The position numbers and the translations under genes are program-made. From a virus (lineage: Duplodnaviria; Caudoviricetes): DNA of 64,000 nt. Where the stretch lies: IMG/VR virus record IMGVR_UViG_3300032227_001336, positions 1 to 64,000 of that record. One strand, written 5' to 3'. The notes under the pieces are model-generated. The model was not told the DNA's origin and ran no database searches. It saw nothing but the letters and a program-made list of their open reading frames with translations. This document shows, piece by piece, positions 29,901 through 39,135 of the stretch; the first letter of the stretch is position 1; each line of letters begins with the position of its first letter.

Positions 29901-30781
29901 CCTATAAAATATATTGCTTTTCTTATAGGATCTAATTTTGCATGGACTACTCCTCCGTTACAACTTTGCAATCCAGTAATTGCAAATCCACTAATAATTT
30001 CATGAGCAGAAATTCCCCCTAAAGTTTTGCCATCATTTGTTGAAAAATTATTATTATACATTACTATTCCTGTGCCACCGCTAGGATAAAAAGATCCTGT
30101 TACAAAAAATGGTTCTCTTGGCGCATTACTAACTGTTCTAGAAAGATTACATGTAGAATTTGTTTGAGTAAGATAATAACCCATTGCATTTCTGGTATCT
30201 TTAGCTAAAGCAATTCTATTAGTTGTTCGACTTCCAGGATTTTCAGCAGAACTAGGTGGAAAAAAAGTACTTACATTATTTCCGCCACCAAAAAGCCAAC
30301 CTGTCCTTGAATTTAACATTAAAATAGTTTTTCCATCTTTTCCTCCACCCATTCCAAGAGCCCATCCAGTGTTTAAACCAGAAGTAGTAATATTAACATA
30401 ATGCCCATATCTTAATCTATTATTAATTGTAACAGGTAATCCATTGGCTGGACTAGAAAAATAATATTGATTATTTGATCTTACTTGAGTTATACAACAA
30501 ACATAACTATTATCATCTAATTTTACAATATCATTAAAATATACGCCATTTCCATGATGAAATTGATCTAATTTAAATTCTATTGGGTTCTCTGAGATTT
30601 GAATACCAGATCCAGTATAATCAAAAACAGTTAATGGCGCAGATTTATATCCAGCAACTCCAAAAAAACCTCCTCCAACATACAAAAGATTATTATTTCT
30701 AACTGATGTACTAATTGGACCATTAAAAGCTCCAAGGTTATTATTTTGATCTGCTTCACTTGTTATAAATGTATTAAACAT
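26978..30781 (-). CDS. beta-propeller repeat protein (delta-60-like repeats), probable receptor-binding virion protein
   Basis: Repeated YVGGxFxxVxGxxRNxxA..D..FNPN units. Confidence 0.7.
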   Translation of the reverse strand: MFNTFITSEADQNNNLGAFNGPISTSVRNNNLLYVGGGFFGVAGYKSAPLTVFDYTGSGIQISENPIEFKLDQFHHGNGVYFNDIVKLDDNSYVCCITQVRSNNQYYFSSPANGLPVTINNRLRYGHYVNITTSGLNTGWALGMGGGKDGKTILMLNSRTGWLFGGGNNVSTFFPPSSAENPGSRTTNRIALAKDTRNAMGYYLTQTNSTCNLSRTVSNAPREPFFVTGSFYPSGGTGIVMYNNNFSTNDGKTLGGISAHEIISGFAITGLQSCNGGVVHAKLDPIRKAIYFIGYFTTVNGVTRNRAAACDLNFNLLPWNPNIANNLFGQLELGKSGVYILGGTTPMNPQGSGDPYNWIAKFDYDSGNLISQFAPDRGGSPSLCGYNGKMIKEFGDGKFLLIEAGGGINNNVVNANYGWPNISTDIALSGRKLYGYTNIIDTISGKYLYGTLDHYRGGVLGSASQSIKRIIDNKLFFTHTSPCSSSNNKIFKERSNTACIDLNTNSITDWAPEIYHPNVNIALVNTMYLDTGSNSMFLGGTFDWANSQVRGGIASVDLISGKTTSSFNPNLDYYNSDRAVTCIEKSGNIVYIGGQFQKNGDINTRFFVGVNTGTNTIVEGLNWQIQDFPDPINKEGYGRAYTNSSLVSTMKRKDNLLYVGGRFTQVSGLSRSGLFCYDIQKKQITDLNIPFDDVIYNLDIDDANNILYAVGRFHTVSGLPRPRGAAINLTTSGITNWNPAFSRHPLQVRVHPSGIIVGGTFADLGTGKAYTLTAFDFNTTEMQRYPRSTMMNDLYCMDIYSGKLYIGGSNLTQNDTLPLDRACIAYELNNGRLYTGWAPNPNSTVQSMHIHQDSGLVFIGGYFTNVRNSPPPSTATTTRNYIAGWDVKTQPHTFLTSFDPNLNGGCLAFASSGNMLYIGGSFTTVGGITRNRIAAWNLSTNTLDPNFNPNIGNNSVLCMKISGSHMYVGGDFTLVSGVTRNRCAKIRLSDGALDASFNPNFNSTVRAIDISGDYLYAGGNFSAVGVTSKLRMCAVNVSNGAVYSNFTAIPNFSVNKSYYSDPSSYLFNNFTLQSYDYVEDVKVYPGTGVGFCGHHWELYQNSGNRGVHFVNATGGQLIKTFGGYAGSVWEAQDNVGGGQTLQGRAGEEFMVYDNKLYVVNRYTRDFGYENMNRLTNQNAFLTITNKTNGDPICNKNFTLNTNIENFYGRGFGGETQWMRQYINGANYSGDNIYFYGDFLDTYPEERIAIGKMGIDGVLKKDFKLFSI

Positions 30782-30787
30782 AATAAA

Positions 30788-33700
30788 TTAATTAGAAAAG
30801 TTCTTAATATAAGTAGTAATGAACCTATTGTCTAATTTTAAAATATTAAAAATATCAAATTTTCCTGAAGCTTGAGTTATAAGTGGTGAAGCATCGGCTG
30901 GAAATCTGTAATTATTGCCAAAATTTAGAAAATTATTTCCATAATTACTTTGAATTACTTTTATAATTATCGTCTCGCCTTCTGGGATATTAATAGGATT
31001 ATTTATAGTATTGTAAGTTGTTGCAAATCCAGTTAATTGATAAACAAAATTTCTACCAGATACATAATTTGGAGTAAATGAAATTCCAGAAGCATAAACT
31101 ATATCTTTTTGAAAATAAACTTCTTTGCCGCTAACTAATGGCACAGATTGAAAGTTTTTAACTCCGCTTACAGTTTGATTTCCAGTAGTTCTTACTGTTG
31201 ATCCTAAGTCTACTTGAGTAGCTTGTCCACTTAAAAGAACGCCTGTTCCATTAACAAAAAGTCCACTAGTAAAATTACCGCTTCCATAAACTGTGAAATT
31301 ATTACCAGAAATAACTAAAAAGTTATCTTGACTAGGATCGCCAAATACTGTATTATCTGCAAAACTTTTAATTCCAGAGATTGTTTGATTGCCAGTGAGT
31401 AGTACTACTTCTCCAATATTAGCTAAAATATTAGTTCCATTAATATTTTTAGATCTCCAAGTTCTATTGGTTGTAGTAGGAACAGTTGAATTATTGTATT
31501 GATACCAAGGATGAGATGAGAATGTTTTACCATAGGTAACATACCAAATTTGCGTATCATCTTGATCAGCGCTGTAAACTTGCAAATACCAAGCCTGATC
31601 ATCTTCTCCTCCCCAATATAAATTGCTACTAGTTTGACCATTTGTAAATGGAGTATTTCCACCAGATGGTCTAGTCCAAACTCCATTAGCTTCAGCTATA
31701 CCTGCGCCAGTTAAAGTAATGCTATATAAAAATTGATCAAGATTTTTATCAAAACCATCATTTAATGATATACGATCATTCTGAGTTTTTATATTTACAT
31801 AGTTTGAATTTACAGAAGAGTCATTCATGTTTACAATGAAAGAGTTTCCAGTTGCAACTATATCACTTTTAAAATACGTTGGTGCTTGAAAATAACTATA
31901 ACCATGGTAACGATTTGAGCTATAGTAATCATTAGATCCTTTAAATAGCGTTGGACTATTAAATGTTACAGATGAATCAAAAGCTGCATTTTGTGCTACC
32001 CCTAAGTATCCACTGATTTTTGAAATTTCAGGATCATTAAATGAAACTAAACTTCTAACATAAGAAAAATTACCGCCACCACCACCTTGCCAAGAGCTAA
32101 ATTTCATTAAGTAATAATTATTACTTACAAGATTCCACATTACGAGTTCTGCGTCAACAATATAATTACCAATTTGATTTTGAAAGATATCAACAAAATT
32201 ATCATATTTTCTGCTTCTTATATTACTAAGATCACTCCATCCATCCAAATTCCATTTTGTATTTCTTGGGTTGATATAATCTGGATTAGTACTATCATTA
32301 CCGAAATAAGTAGTACTATAATAATTATATAATGGACCTATTGAGCCTCTTGTTAAAGCTATACCATCAAAAGCATCATATAGATTTCCAGTTTTTATAA
32401 ATGAAACTGCTGCGCCAGTAGTAACGCTATTATCTCTAGAGAAAGTTAAATTATTTCTTGGATTTAAAAGACCACTAATATAAGATCCAGTTGTGAAATT
32501 TAAATAGCCGCTAACATTAGGAGTATTAAATGTTTTGATTCCATTTATAGTTTGATTTCCAGTAGTAAATACAATATTACTGCCAGTAGAATTTATATAA
32601 CCACTAAGATTATCTATTTTTGTATTTAAATTAGATCCAGTTAAAATAAGATTAGTTATTGTGGCAAATTTATTATCTGCAACGCCACTATAAGCTTGAA
32701 TATCTTGTACTGATGCAATATCTGGTAGAGTAGATAAATCGCTATTTCTTGTGCTAAATCCAAATTTAAATTTTGTACTATGATCAAAACCAATAATTGG
32801 ACCAGTATCATTTACTCCAGTTAATCCACTTCCAGTAACAAAAAATATTCCACCATCAACTGCTCCACCAGTAATATTTAACAATAAATAATTACTTGCA
32901 AGATTAATTTGAGAAGTATTAACAATTGTTTCTGTTCCAGTAACATAAAGATTATTAATATAAACATTATCTCTAAAAGTTTTAACTCCACCAATACTTT
33001 GATTTCCATAAAGTAAAACTGAACTACCGCTTAGTGAATCTATTTTATTACTTAAAGTAGATCCTGTAGTATTTAAATTAGTCGATAAAGTTGACCCAGT
33101 ACTTGCAAGATTCGTTGATAAAGTTGAACCAGTACTCGCAAGATTGGTTGCTAATGTACTTCCAGTACCTGCAAGATTTGTGATTGTAGCGTAAGTAGAA
33201 CTAGCTGCAGCAGAAGTCAGGTAAGAACTTAAATCTACCCCAGTAATTAATGGTTTACCAGAAATAGTTGGCATATTTGTTAAAGTTATACTGCCACTAA
33301 CTATTTGAATATTTACGCCACTTAGTAATATGTTATCTGTATCTGAAAGATCAATTTGATTAAAAATTGCAGTTCCTGTGACAATTACATTGTTATTAAA
33401 TGTTTTATTTCCAGAAATACTTTGATCACCAGTAGTAAAAACAATATTGCTATTTGGAGAATTAATATAACCACTGAGATTATTTATCTTTGTGTTTAAA
33501 GTAGATCCAGTTAAAGCTAAATTAGCCGTTGTAGCATAAGAGCTTAAATCTATGCCAGTTAAAATTGGATTTCCAGAAATATAGATTTGACCATCTGAAT
33601 AAATAGGAGTTTTATTTAATGTATAAACTCCAGTTTGATTTACTTCAAAGCTTTTAATTGAAACTCTTTGACTATATTCATTTAATCCGCTTTTATAAAT

Positions 33701-36085
33701 TTTAAAACTATGTCCTAATCCAGAAGGATAAAGAGAGCTATAATTATTTATATCTATATTACCTTTGAAATTAATATTTCCATCTACTTGATCTCCTGCT
33801 GCAGTTAAATTAATTTTTCCAAGACTAAAAGAACTTTTTCCAGGAGTTATATTGATGTCAGTTCCAAACATAGATGAGGAATAACCAGATATTAATAGAT
33901 TTTCTTGATCTGCTGCGATTATGCTTTTTGTTTTAATAGAATCTTCAAAACTTTTAATTCCACTAACAGTTTGATTTCCTGTAGTTCTTACTGTTGTACT
34001 AAGATCAACTTGGGCAGCTTCGCCACTTAGTAAAACCCCTGTACCATTAACAGTTAGTCTAGAGTAGAAGTTTTTAATTCCAGAGATATTTTGATCTCCA
34101 ATTTTAGCAACACCATTTATACGGTCTACATCAATAGGATCATTTCCATCAGTATAGTGAGAAATATTATGAGAATAAGTTGGATAGATTCTCATATTTC
34201 CACCAGACCAATTATTTAATGGTAGTGGAGCAGATGAACTCGAAGCTTGAACTATTGGAGATGCATCTACAAAAGAATTATTTACAGTGTACCACCATCT
34301 AGAAGTACCTGTATTAAAGTAAATTTCAACGGGTTGGCCAGGATTTACTCCAGTGTAAAAATAATTTGGGTTGGGAAAAACTACTGGTCGATATTCTGGT
34401 TTAACTTCAAAACGAAATACTCCTGGACCAGAAAATCCAGCAAAAAAAGTTGAAGGTTGATTTAGTGAATTAAATGTAACTGTTGAAACTATATCTTGAT
34501 CTACAAATCTTTTTTGACCACTTATATTTTGGTTTCCAGTAGTAAATACAATATTACTACCAGTAGAATTTATATAACCACTAAGATTATTGATATTATT
34601 TTGTAAAGTTGAACCTGTTAAAGCTAAATTATTAGAAATAGCTGTATCTTGATAATCAACATAACCGCTTAAATTGTTTATTTTGTTATTTAAAGCTATT
34701 CCTGTGCTTCTAATATCATTTAGATCAGATGATAAGTTTGCTATTTTGCTTTGATTTATGTTTGCGTTATTATCAACATCATTATCAAAAATTCCAGTAG
34801 CAGGACTTTGGAAAACTCCATTAACTACTTTAACAACTCCATTACCTGCGACTGATGGAATTGTTGTATGAACGTGACTTGGTCTGTAGGAGTCAAAATA
34901 AAGAGTAATCCTTCTATTATTTGTTGTGTATTTTTTACCAAAAAATTGTATATAAATTCTTTCATTATTTGCTATGCCAGTTTGAGGTACTGTTGCATTT
35001 AAAATATATTGAGCAATAGTATCCGTTTCGTATAGGTAAACATCATCAGTTGATGCTAAGTAGCGATAAGTAGAGTTCGTAGGATTATATATATTAACTA
35101 CTGCTCTAATTGAACATTGAATTGCACTTGCACTATCTACACTAGCCCAAATATTAAAATCCCAAAGTCCAGCAGGAATATTTGTTACTTGAGGATTTCC
35201 ACTAGCTGTAACAAAACTACATAATAATCTTTCTACAAATCTTGGATCTAATTCGTTACTTGTAGCTTGTCCAGATCCTACAGAATATTCTATTCCTAAT
35301 AAAGAAAGTGCATGATCGCCAGTAGTTGGTAATCCGCCCGTTGGAGCTATTCCACTTCTATTAGCAAAATCAAAATAATAAACTAATCCACCACCACCAT
35401 TACCACCAGCAGGTATTGTTCCAGCTGCCCAAGATGTTCCATTCCATTCTAATACTTGACCAGCCGCTGGTGTTGCTGAAAGATCAACTTTATATCCTTG
35501 GAGTTTATTTATTGTTGGATGAGGCAAGTAGCCAGTTAAATCTCCACTAATTATTGCATCACCACTTAATAAAACTGGAGTTGTACTAACAGTAGGTCTC
35601 GTTGTAAAATCTTTTAATCCACTTATAGTTTGATCACCAGTTGTATAAACTATTGTTGTTGGAAGACTTGCTGCTTCGCCACTTAAAAGAACTCCTGTAC
35701 CATTTACAGTCGGACGAGAATAAAAATTCTTAATTCCAGATACATTTTGATCACCAGTTGTATAAACAATGGTATTTGGCAAACTAAAGTTAACAACTTC
35801 ACCGCTTAATAATACTCCTGTGCCATTTACAGTCGGACGATTTGTTAAACTAACTTCACCGTTTATAATATTTATATCTACTCCAGAAATAGTTAGAGTA
35901 TCAATATTATTTAAATCAAGAGCATTAAAAATTCCACTTCCAGAAACATTAATATTATCAACAAAAAATTTATTACCAGATATAATTTGGTCGCCAGTAT
36001 TATAAACTAAATTAGGCGCAGTAGCCTCATAAGAAAATCTTCCAGTGCTGCTTACTAACGTTTTAGCTTTAAAAATCTGTGCCAT
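30788..36085 (-). CDS. long tail fibre protein
   Basis: 1765 aa; 11 copies of a TG(D/N)QxISGxKxF-type repeat, coiled-coil repeats and interspersed globular modules. Confidence 0.8.
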   Translation of the reverse strand: MAQIFKAKTLVSSTGRFSYEATAPNLVYNTGDQIISGNKFFVDNINVSGSGIFNALDLNNIDTLTISGVDINIINGEVSLTNRPTVNGTGVLLSGEVVNFSLPNTIVYTTGDQNVSGIKNFYSRPTVNGTGVLLSGEAASLPTTIVYTTGDQTISGLKDFTTRPTVSTTPVLLSGDAIISGDLTGYLPHPTINKLQGYKVDLSATPAAGQVLEWNGTSWAAGTIPAGGNGGGGLVYYFDFANRSGIAPTGGLPTTGDHALSLLGIEYSVGSGQATSNELDPRFVERLLCSFVTASGNPQVTNIPAGLWDFNIWASVDSASAIQCSIRAVVNIYNPTNSTYRYLASTDDVYLYETDTIAQYILNATVPQTGIANNERIYIQFFGKKYTTNNRRITLYFDSYRPSHVHTTIPSVAGNGVVKVVNGVFQSPATGIFDNDVDNNANINQSKIANLSSDLNDIRSTGIALNNKINNLSGYVDYQDTAISNNLALTGSTLQNNINNLSGYINSTGSNIVFTTGNQNISGQKRFVDQDIVSTVTFNSLNQPSTFFAGFSGPGVFRFEVKPEYRPVVFPNPNYFYTGVNPGQPVEIYFNTGTSRWWYTVNNSFVDASPIVQASSSSAPLPLNNWSGGNMRIYPTYSHNISHYTDGNDPIDVDRINGVAKIGDQNISGIKNFYSRLTVNGTGVLLSGEAAQVDLSTTVRTTGNQTVSGIKSFEDSIKTKSIIAADQENLLISGYSSSMFGTDINITPGKSSFSLGKINLTAAGDQVDGNINFKGNIDINNYSSLYPSGLGHSFKIYKSGLNEYSQRVSIKSFEVNQTGVYTLNKTPIYSDGQIYISGNPILTGIDLSSYATTANLALTGSTLNTKINNLSGYINSPNSNIVFTTGDQSISGNKTFNNNVIVTGTAIFNQIDLSDTDNILLSGVNIQIVSGSITLTNMPTISGKPLITGVDLSSYLTSAAASSTYATITNLAGTGSTLATNLASTGSTLSTNLASTGSTLSTNLNTTGSTLSNKIDSLSGSSVLLYGNQSIGGVKTFRDNVYINNLYVTGTETIVNTSQINLASNYLLLNITGGAVDGGIFFVTGSGLTGVNDTGPIIGFDHSTKFKFGFSTRNSDLSTLPDIASVQDIQAYSGVADNKFATITNLILTGSNLNTKIDNLSGYINSTGSNIVFTTGNQTINGIKTFNTPNVSGYLNFTTGSYISGLLNPRNNLTFSRDNSVTTGAAVSFIKTGNLYDAFDGIALTRGSIGPLYNYYSTTYFGNDSTNPDYINPRNTKWNLDGWSDLSNIRSRKYDNFVDIFQNQIGNYIVDAELVMWNLVSNNYYLMKFSSWQGGGGGNFSYVRSLVSFNDPEISKISGYLGVAQNAAFDSSVTFNSPTLFKGSNDYYSSNRYHGYSYFQAPTYFKSDIVATGNSFIVNMNDSSVNSNYVNIKTQNDRISLNDGFDKNLDQFLYSITLTGAGIAEANGVWTRPSGGNTPFTNGQTSSNLYWGGEDDQAWYLQVYSADQDDTQIWYVTYGKTFSSHPWYQYNNSTVPTTTNRTWRSKNINGTNILANIGEVVLLTGNQTISGIKSFADNTVFGDPSQDNFLVISGNNFTVYGSGNFTSGLFVNGTGVLLSGQATQVDLGSTVRTTGNQTVSGVKNFQSVPLVSGKEVYFQKDIVYASGISFTPNYVSGRNFVYQLTGFATTYNTINNPINIPEGETIIIKVIQSNYGNNFLNFGNNYRFPADASPLITQASGKFDIFNILKLDNRFITTYIKNFSN
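32556..34590. repeat. 58-bp direct repeat inside fibre gene (32556-32613 and 34533-34590)
   Basis: 57/58 identical by manual alignment. Confidence 0.85.
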
Positions 36086-36191
36086 TTTTCTTTTTATTCC
36101 TTTTGTTGGTTTTTAGGCCAATCTGTCGCTTTTTACGGCGAACTAAAGAGTAAAAGAATTATTAATTCTATTATTCTAGTGAATATTACAC
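36086..36191 (-). promoter_or_regulatory. long structured leader with twin hairpins
   Basis: GTGTAAT 36185-36191; TCGC-CGTAAAAA-GCGA (36126-36141) and TTGG-CCTAAAAA-CCAA (36106-36121). Confidence 0.55.
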
Positions 36192-36199
36192 TAGATAAC

Positions 36200-36979
36200 T
36201 TATTGTGTAGAAGCAAAAGTATGGATTTTTACATTACTTTCTAAAACATTGTCAGAAAGTAATCCTGTGTATCCAGTGAAACCAACTGATTGTACAGATA
36301 AATTATACATTACATCTCCAGCAACTTCAAGAGTTGCTTGTACTTTTGGTGGTATTACACCGCCAAAGGGTACTGGATAATTAATTGAATATGCATCTGC
36401 TCCAGGAGTTAAAGAGGTTGTAAATACTTGGTTGCTTGTTTTTGCAACGAATGTTGCATTTGCGTAACCACTTAAAGTATTAATGTTTGTTTGTAAAGTA
36501 CTTCCAGTAGAAGCTAGGTTAGTAGCTAATGTGCTTCCAGTAGAAGCAAGATTGGCGGCTAGTGTACTACCAGTTGAAGCGAGATTGCTTGCTAATGTGC
36601 TACCAGTTGAAGCAAGGTTTTGACTTAAAGTAGTTCCTGTTAAATTAAGATTTGAAGTTAAAGTATTAATTAAACCTTGAAAATATCCACTATTTCCTAC
36701 TATTGTAATTTCGTTAGTTCCAGTATTTACTTGGATAGTGATTCCATCTGAACCAGTTATATTAACATTTCCTGATAAACCATTTATACTATTTACGTCT
36801 GCTGTTGCTGTATTAATTAAACTTTGTAAATAACCGCTAATTCCAGTAAGTTCGCTGTAGTAAGCTAAACCACTATTTCCGAAGCCAAGTCTTAGTGATG
36901 AACTGCCGTCCCAAACTGCACTTTGAACTGGAGTTAAATTATTTCCACTTAGTCTGATATGTTTAAATGCGCTTATCAT
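36200..36979 (-). CDS. short fibre / collar protein with 11-aa coiled-coil repeats
   Basis: NLASTGSTLAx tandem repeats; VNSINGLSGNVNI motif. Confidence 0.7.
   Translation of the reverse strand: MISAFKHIRLSGNNLTPVQSAVWDGSSSLRLGFGNSGLAYYSELTGISGYLQSLINTATADVNSINGLSGNVNITGSDGITIQVNTGTNEITIVGNSGYFQGLINTLTSNLNLTGTTLSQNLASTGSTLASNLASTGSTLAANLASTGSTLATNLASTGSTLQTNINTLSGYANATFVAKTSNQVFTTSLTPGADAYSINYPVPFGGVIPPKVQATLEVAGDVMYNLSVQSVGFTGYTGLLSDNVLESNVKIHTFASTQ
36488..36650 (-). repeat. 33-bp tandem coding repeat (NLASTGSTLAx)
   Basis: About five degenerate copies; related copies near 33055-33180. Confidence 0.8.
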
Positions 36980-37016
36980 AAATTAATATTTCCTTTCATA
37001 CTATTACACAGATATT

Positions 37017-37568
37017 TTATTTTTTAACTTGAATATTTAAATAATAACCATTATTTAATAGAGTATCGCTAAAGTTTATATAAAAACCAGTAGAATTTAT
37101 ATTCCCCATGTTAAAATAGTAGGCCATATCATCTATTGTATTCTGAAAAGTACAAACTACAGACTTTGGAGTAGAGGGTAATACTTGAGGAAATTGAACA
37201 TAATAACTATCAGATCCTTGAGGTGTTAAATTAGCTCTATATCCAATTACATTTTCTGCTTCAAAATAGCCACTTAATGGTGATGCATCAATTTTTATTG
37301 ATTTATAAGGATTTAAATTTGGATTAGTTAATATTGAAATTCCTGTACCAGCAATAAATTGTAAAGTTTCTGCTCCAGTTGGAATTAAAGTTGGTTGTCC
37401 AGTTACGTTTATTATTTTGAAAAGATCAGCAGCACCAGATGGTCCTGGAGGACCTTGTGGACCATCCGCACCAGGAATAAAAACATTAGCATTTTCAGGA
37501 AAACTTGGAGAAGTTACATCCGTTGTGATTGCGTTTGGCAAAATTACGTCTACGATTACATCTGCCAT
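37017..37568 (-). CDS. virion structural protein with short collagen-like segment
   Basis: GADGPQGPPGPSG; C-terminal domain resembles that of 36200..36979. Confidence 0.65.
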   Translation of the reverse strand: MADVIVDVILPNAITTDVTSPSFPENANVFIPGADGPQGPPGPSGAADLFKIINVTGQPTLIPTGAETLQFIAGTGISILTNPNLNPYKSIKIDASPLSGYFEAENVIGYRANLTPQGSDSYYVQFPQVLPSTPKSVVCTFQNTIDDMAYYFNMGNINSTGFYINFSDTLLNNGYYLNIQVKK

Positions 37569-37572
37569 AAAA

Positions 37573-37974
37573 TTAAAAAGATGTTACTTCTGGACTTACA
37601 ATAAACTTGCCTCGAATTAATTTTATAGAATTACCAGTTGGTACTCCATAAGGAAATCTTTCTATATCGTAAACAAATGTTCCAACTGGAACACTTGCCA
37701 TAGTATATGAGGATACATCTACATTAATTAATCCAGAAGCATAAAGATTGCCACTAACTCCGCTATTAATTACTGGATTTAAATTCAATATATATCCAGA
37801 TATATAATTTCCAGATTCATCTAATGCTGGTGGCGATGCAAAATAAGCGTATTTAACTACGCCTCTAACATCATATCCGCTTAAATTTATTGGGGTATAA
37901 TTTTGATTCTTTACAGCAAGAGTTAATTGTAAGTGATCACCTTGAATTGTGTTTATATTATACGAAGTAGCCAT
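37573..37974 (-). CDS. putative fibre-anchoring protein (BppU N-terminal-like)
   Basis: IQGD..L..PINLSGY..YDIE..RGKF.VSPEVT pattern; start reset to 37974 (motif 8 nt upstream). Confidence 0.6.
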   Translation of the reverse strand: MATSYNINTIQGDHLQLTLAVKNQNYTPINLSGYDVRGVVKYAYFASPPALDESGNYISGYILNLNPVINSGVSGNLYASGLINVDVSSYTMASVPVGTFVYDIERFPYGVPTGNSIKLIRGKFIVSPEVTSF

Positions 37975-38011
37975 ATAATACAATTACACTTCAATTATAA
38001 TTTATTATTAA

Positions 38012-38359
38012 TTATCTACCTTCAGACAGAATATCTTTTGTTTTTTTATCTATTTTAGCTTCAGATTTCTCTGTTTTTGGTATTCTGTATGTTGATACGT
38101 ATTTCTTAAATTCTGATATTAATCTTTTTGTAAGCATTTCTCTGTCGTCAATTGGGACTAGATCTAACTTTGCTGCGTGAGCTTGTAAATCGGTTTTATT
38201 TAATTCATATAAATAGCTAACGTACTCTTTCTCGTCTAGAGTCTTGTATCGAGCTAAACCGTTATCGCCCCATACTTGATCTAATGTTTTATACTCAAAA
38301 CCCTCTAATTTTCCATGGGTTTGAGATAAGTTTTGTAATTTAGTTTTGCCTTTTTTCAT
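38012..38359 (-). CDS. hypothetical protein
   Basis: 115-aa basic ORF with AAGGA RBS. Confidence 0.7.
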   Translation of the reverse strand: MKKGKTKLQNLSQTHGKLEGFEYKTLDQVWGDNGLARYKTLDEKEYVSYLYELNKTDLQAHAAKLDLVPIDDREMLTKRLISEFKKYVSTYRIPKTEKSEAKIDKKTKDILSEGR

Positions 38360-38421
38360 ATTTATTCCTTATTATATTATACTTTAATAATGGGAAATTT
38401 CTAATTTAAAATAATATATAA

Positions 38422-39090
38422 TTACTGAAATGAGGTTTTGAGAGTGTCACCAAAATTTATGATGCGTCCTTGATCTAAATGTAAATCTCCAAAATTAATA
38501 ACTCCATCTTGGAGTAATTCTCCTTGAGAATTTGGCGCAGTAATTATTACTTGTTGTAGAGTTACGATTTGATTCTGCGCTTGTGGAAGAAAAATATTTT
38601 GCATCCACTGTACAGTAAGATTAAATTGTCGCTCAAAAATTTTACCTTGCGCATCAAAAGCGCTTGGAAGTTGAGGGGCTTCTAAAAGAAATGTTCTTAA
38701 ATTAACGGACCACTCAACAGTATATGGTACTTGATTTAAAACTGCTACAACTGGATTATCGGTGAATTGATAATAAAAAGCTGGGTAGCTTACTCTATCA
38801 AGATGAGCGGTTACTGATATTGTGGCATTATTAACAGTATTAGAATTAAAAGTACCAGCGAAACAAGTATATCCTCCACCTTGAGGAACCTCTCCTTGTA
38901 TTAAAGGAATACTAGACCAACTTTGGATATAAATTTGTCTAACTGGTCTAACTGGACCGCTCGGATGATTTATATTCCACTGTCTATCTATTTCTGCAGC
39001 AAGAGCATACGCCTCTGCTGCTCCTCTGCTTAGGCCATAATTTTCAGAAAGGCTAACTTCAGACAAATCCTGCATTTTCCCTGGCGGCAT
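38422..39090 (-). CDS. hypothetical protein, paralogue of 39136..39804
   Basis: Same length (222 aa), near-identical C-terminal 160 aa; AGGAG RBS. Confidence 0.8.
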   Translation of the reverse strand: MPPGKMQDLSEVSLSENYGLSRGAAEAYALAAEIDRQWNINHPSGPVRPVRQIYIQSWSSIPLIQGEVPQGGGYTCFAGTFNSNTVNNATISVTAHLDRVSYPAFYYQFTDNPVVAVLNQVPYTVEWSVNLRTFLLEAPQLPSAFDAQGKIFERQFNLTVQWMQNIFLPQAQNQIVTLQQVIITAPNSQGELLQDGVINFGDLHLDQGRIINFGDTLKTSFQ

Positions 39091-39135
39091 ATAATCTCCT
39101 ATATTTTACCATCAAACTAATCAAATGTTTTTAAA

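Noticed and set aside
36488-36650. 33-bp periodic repeats as a CRISPR array
   Set aside because: No unique spacers; degenerate at third codon positions inside an ORF; no cas genes
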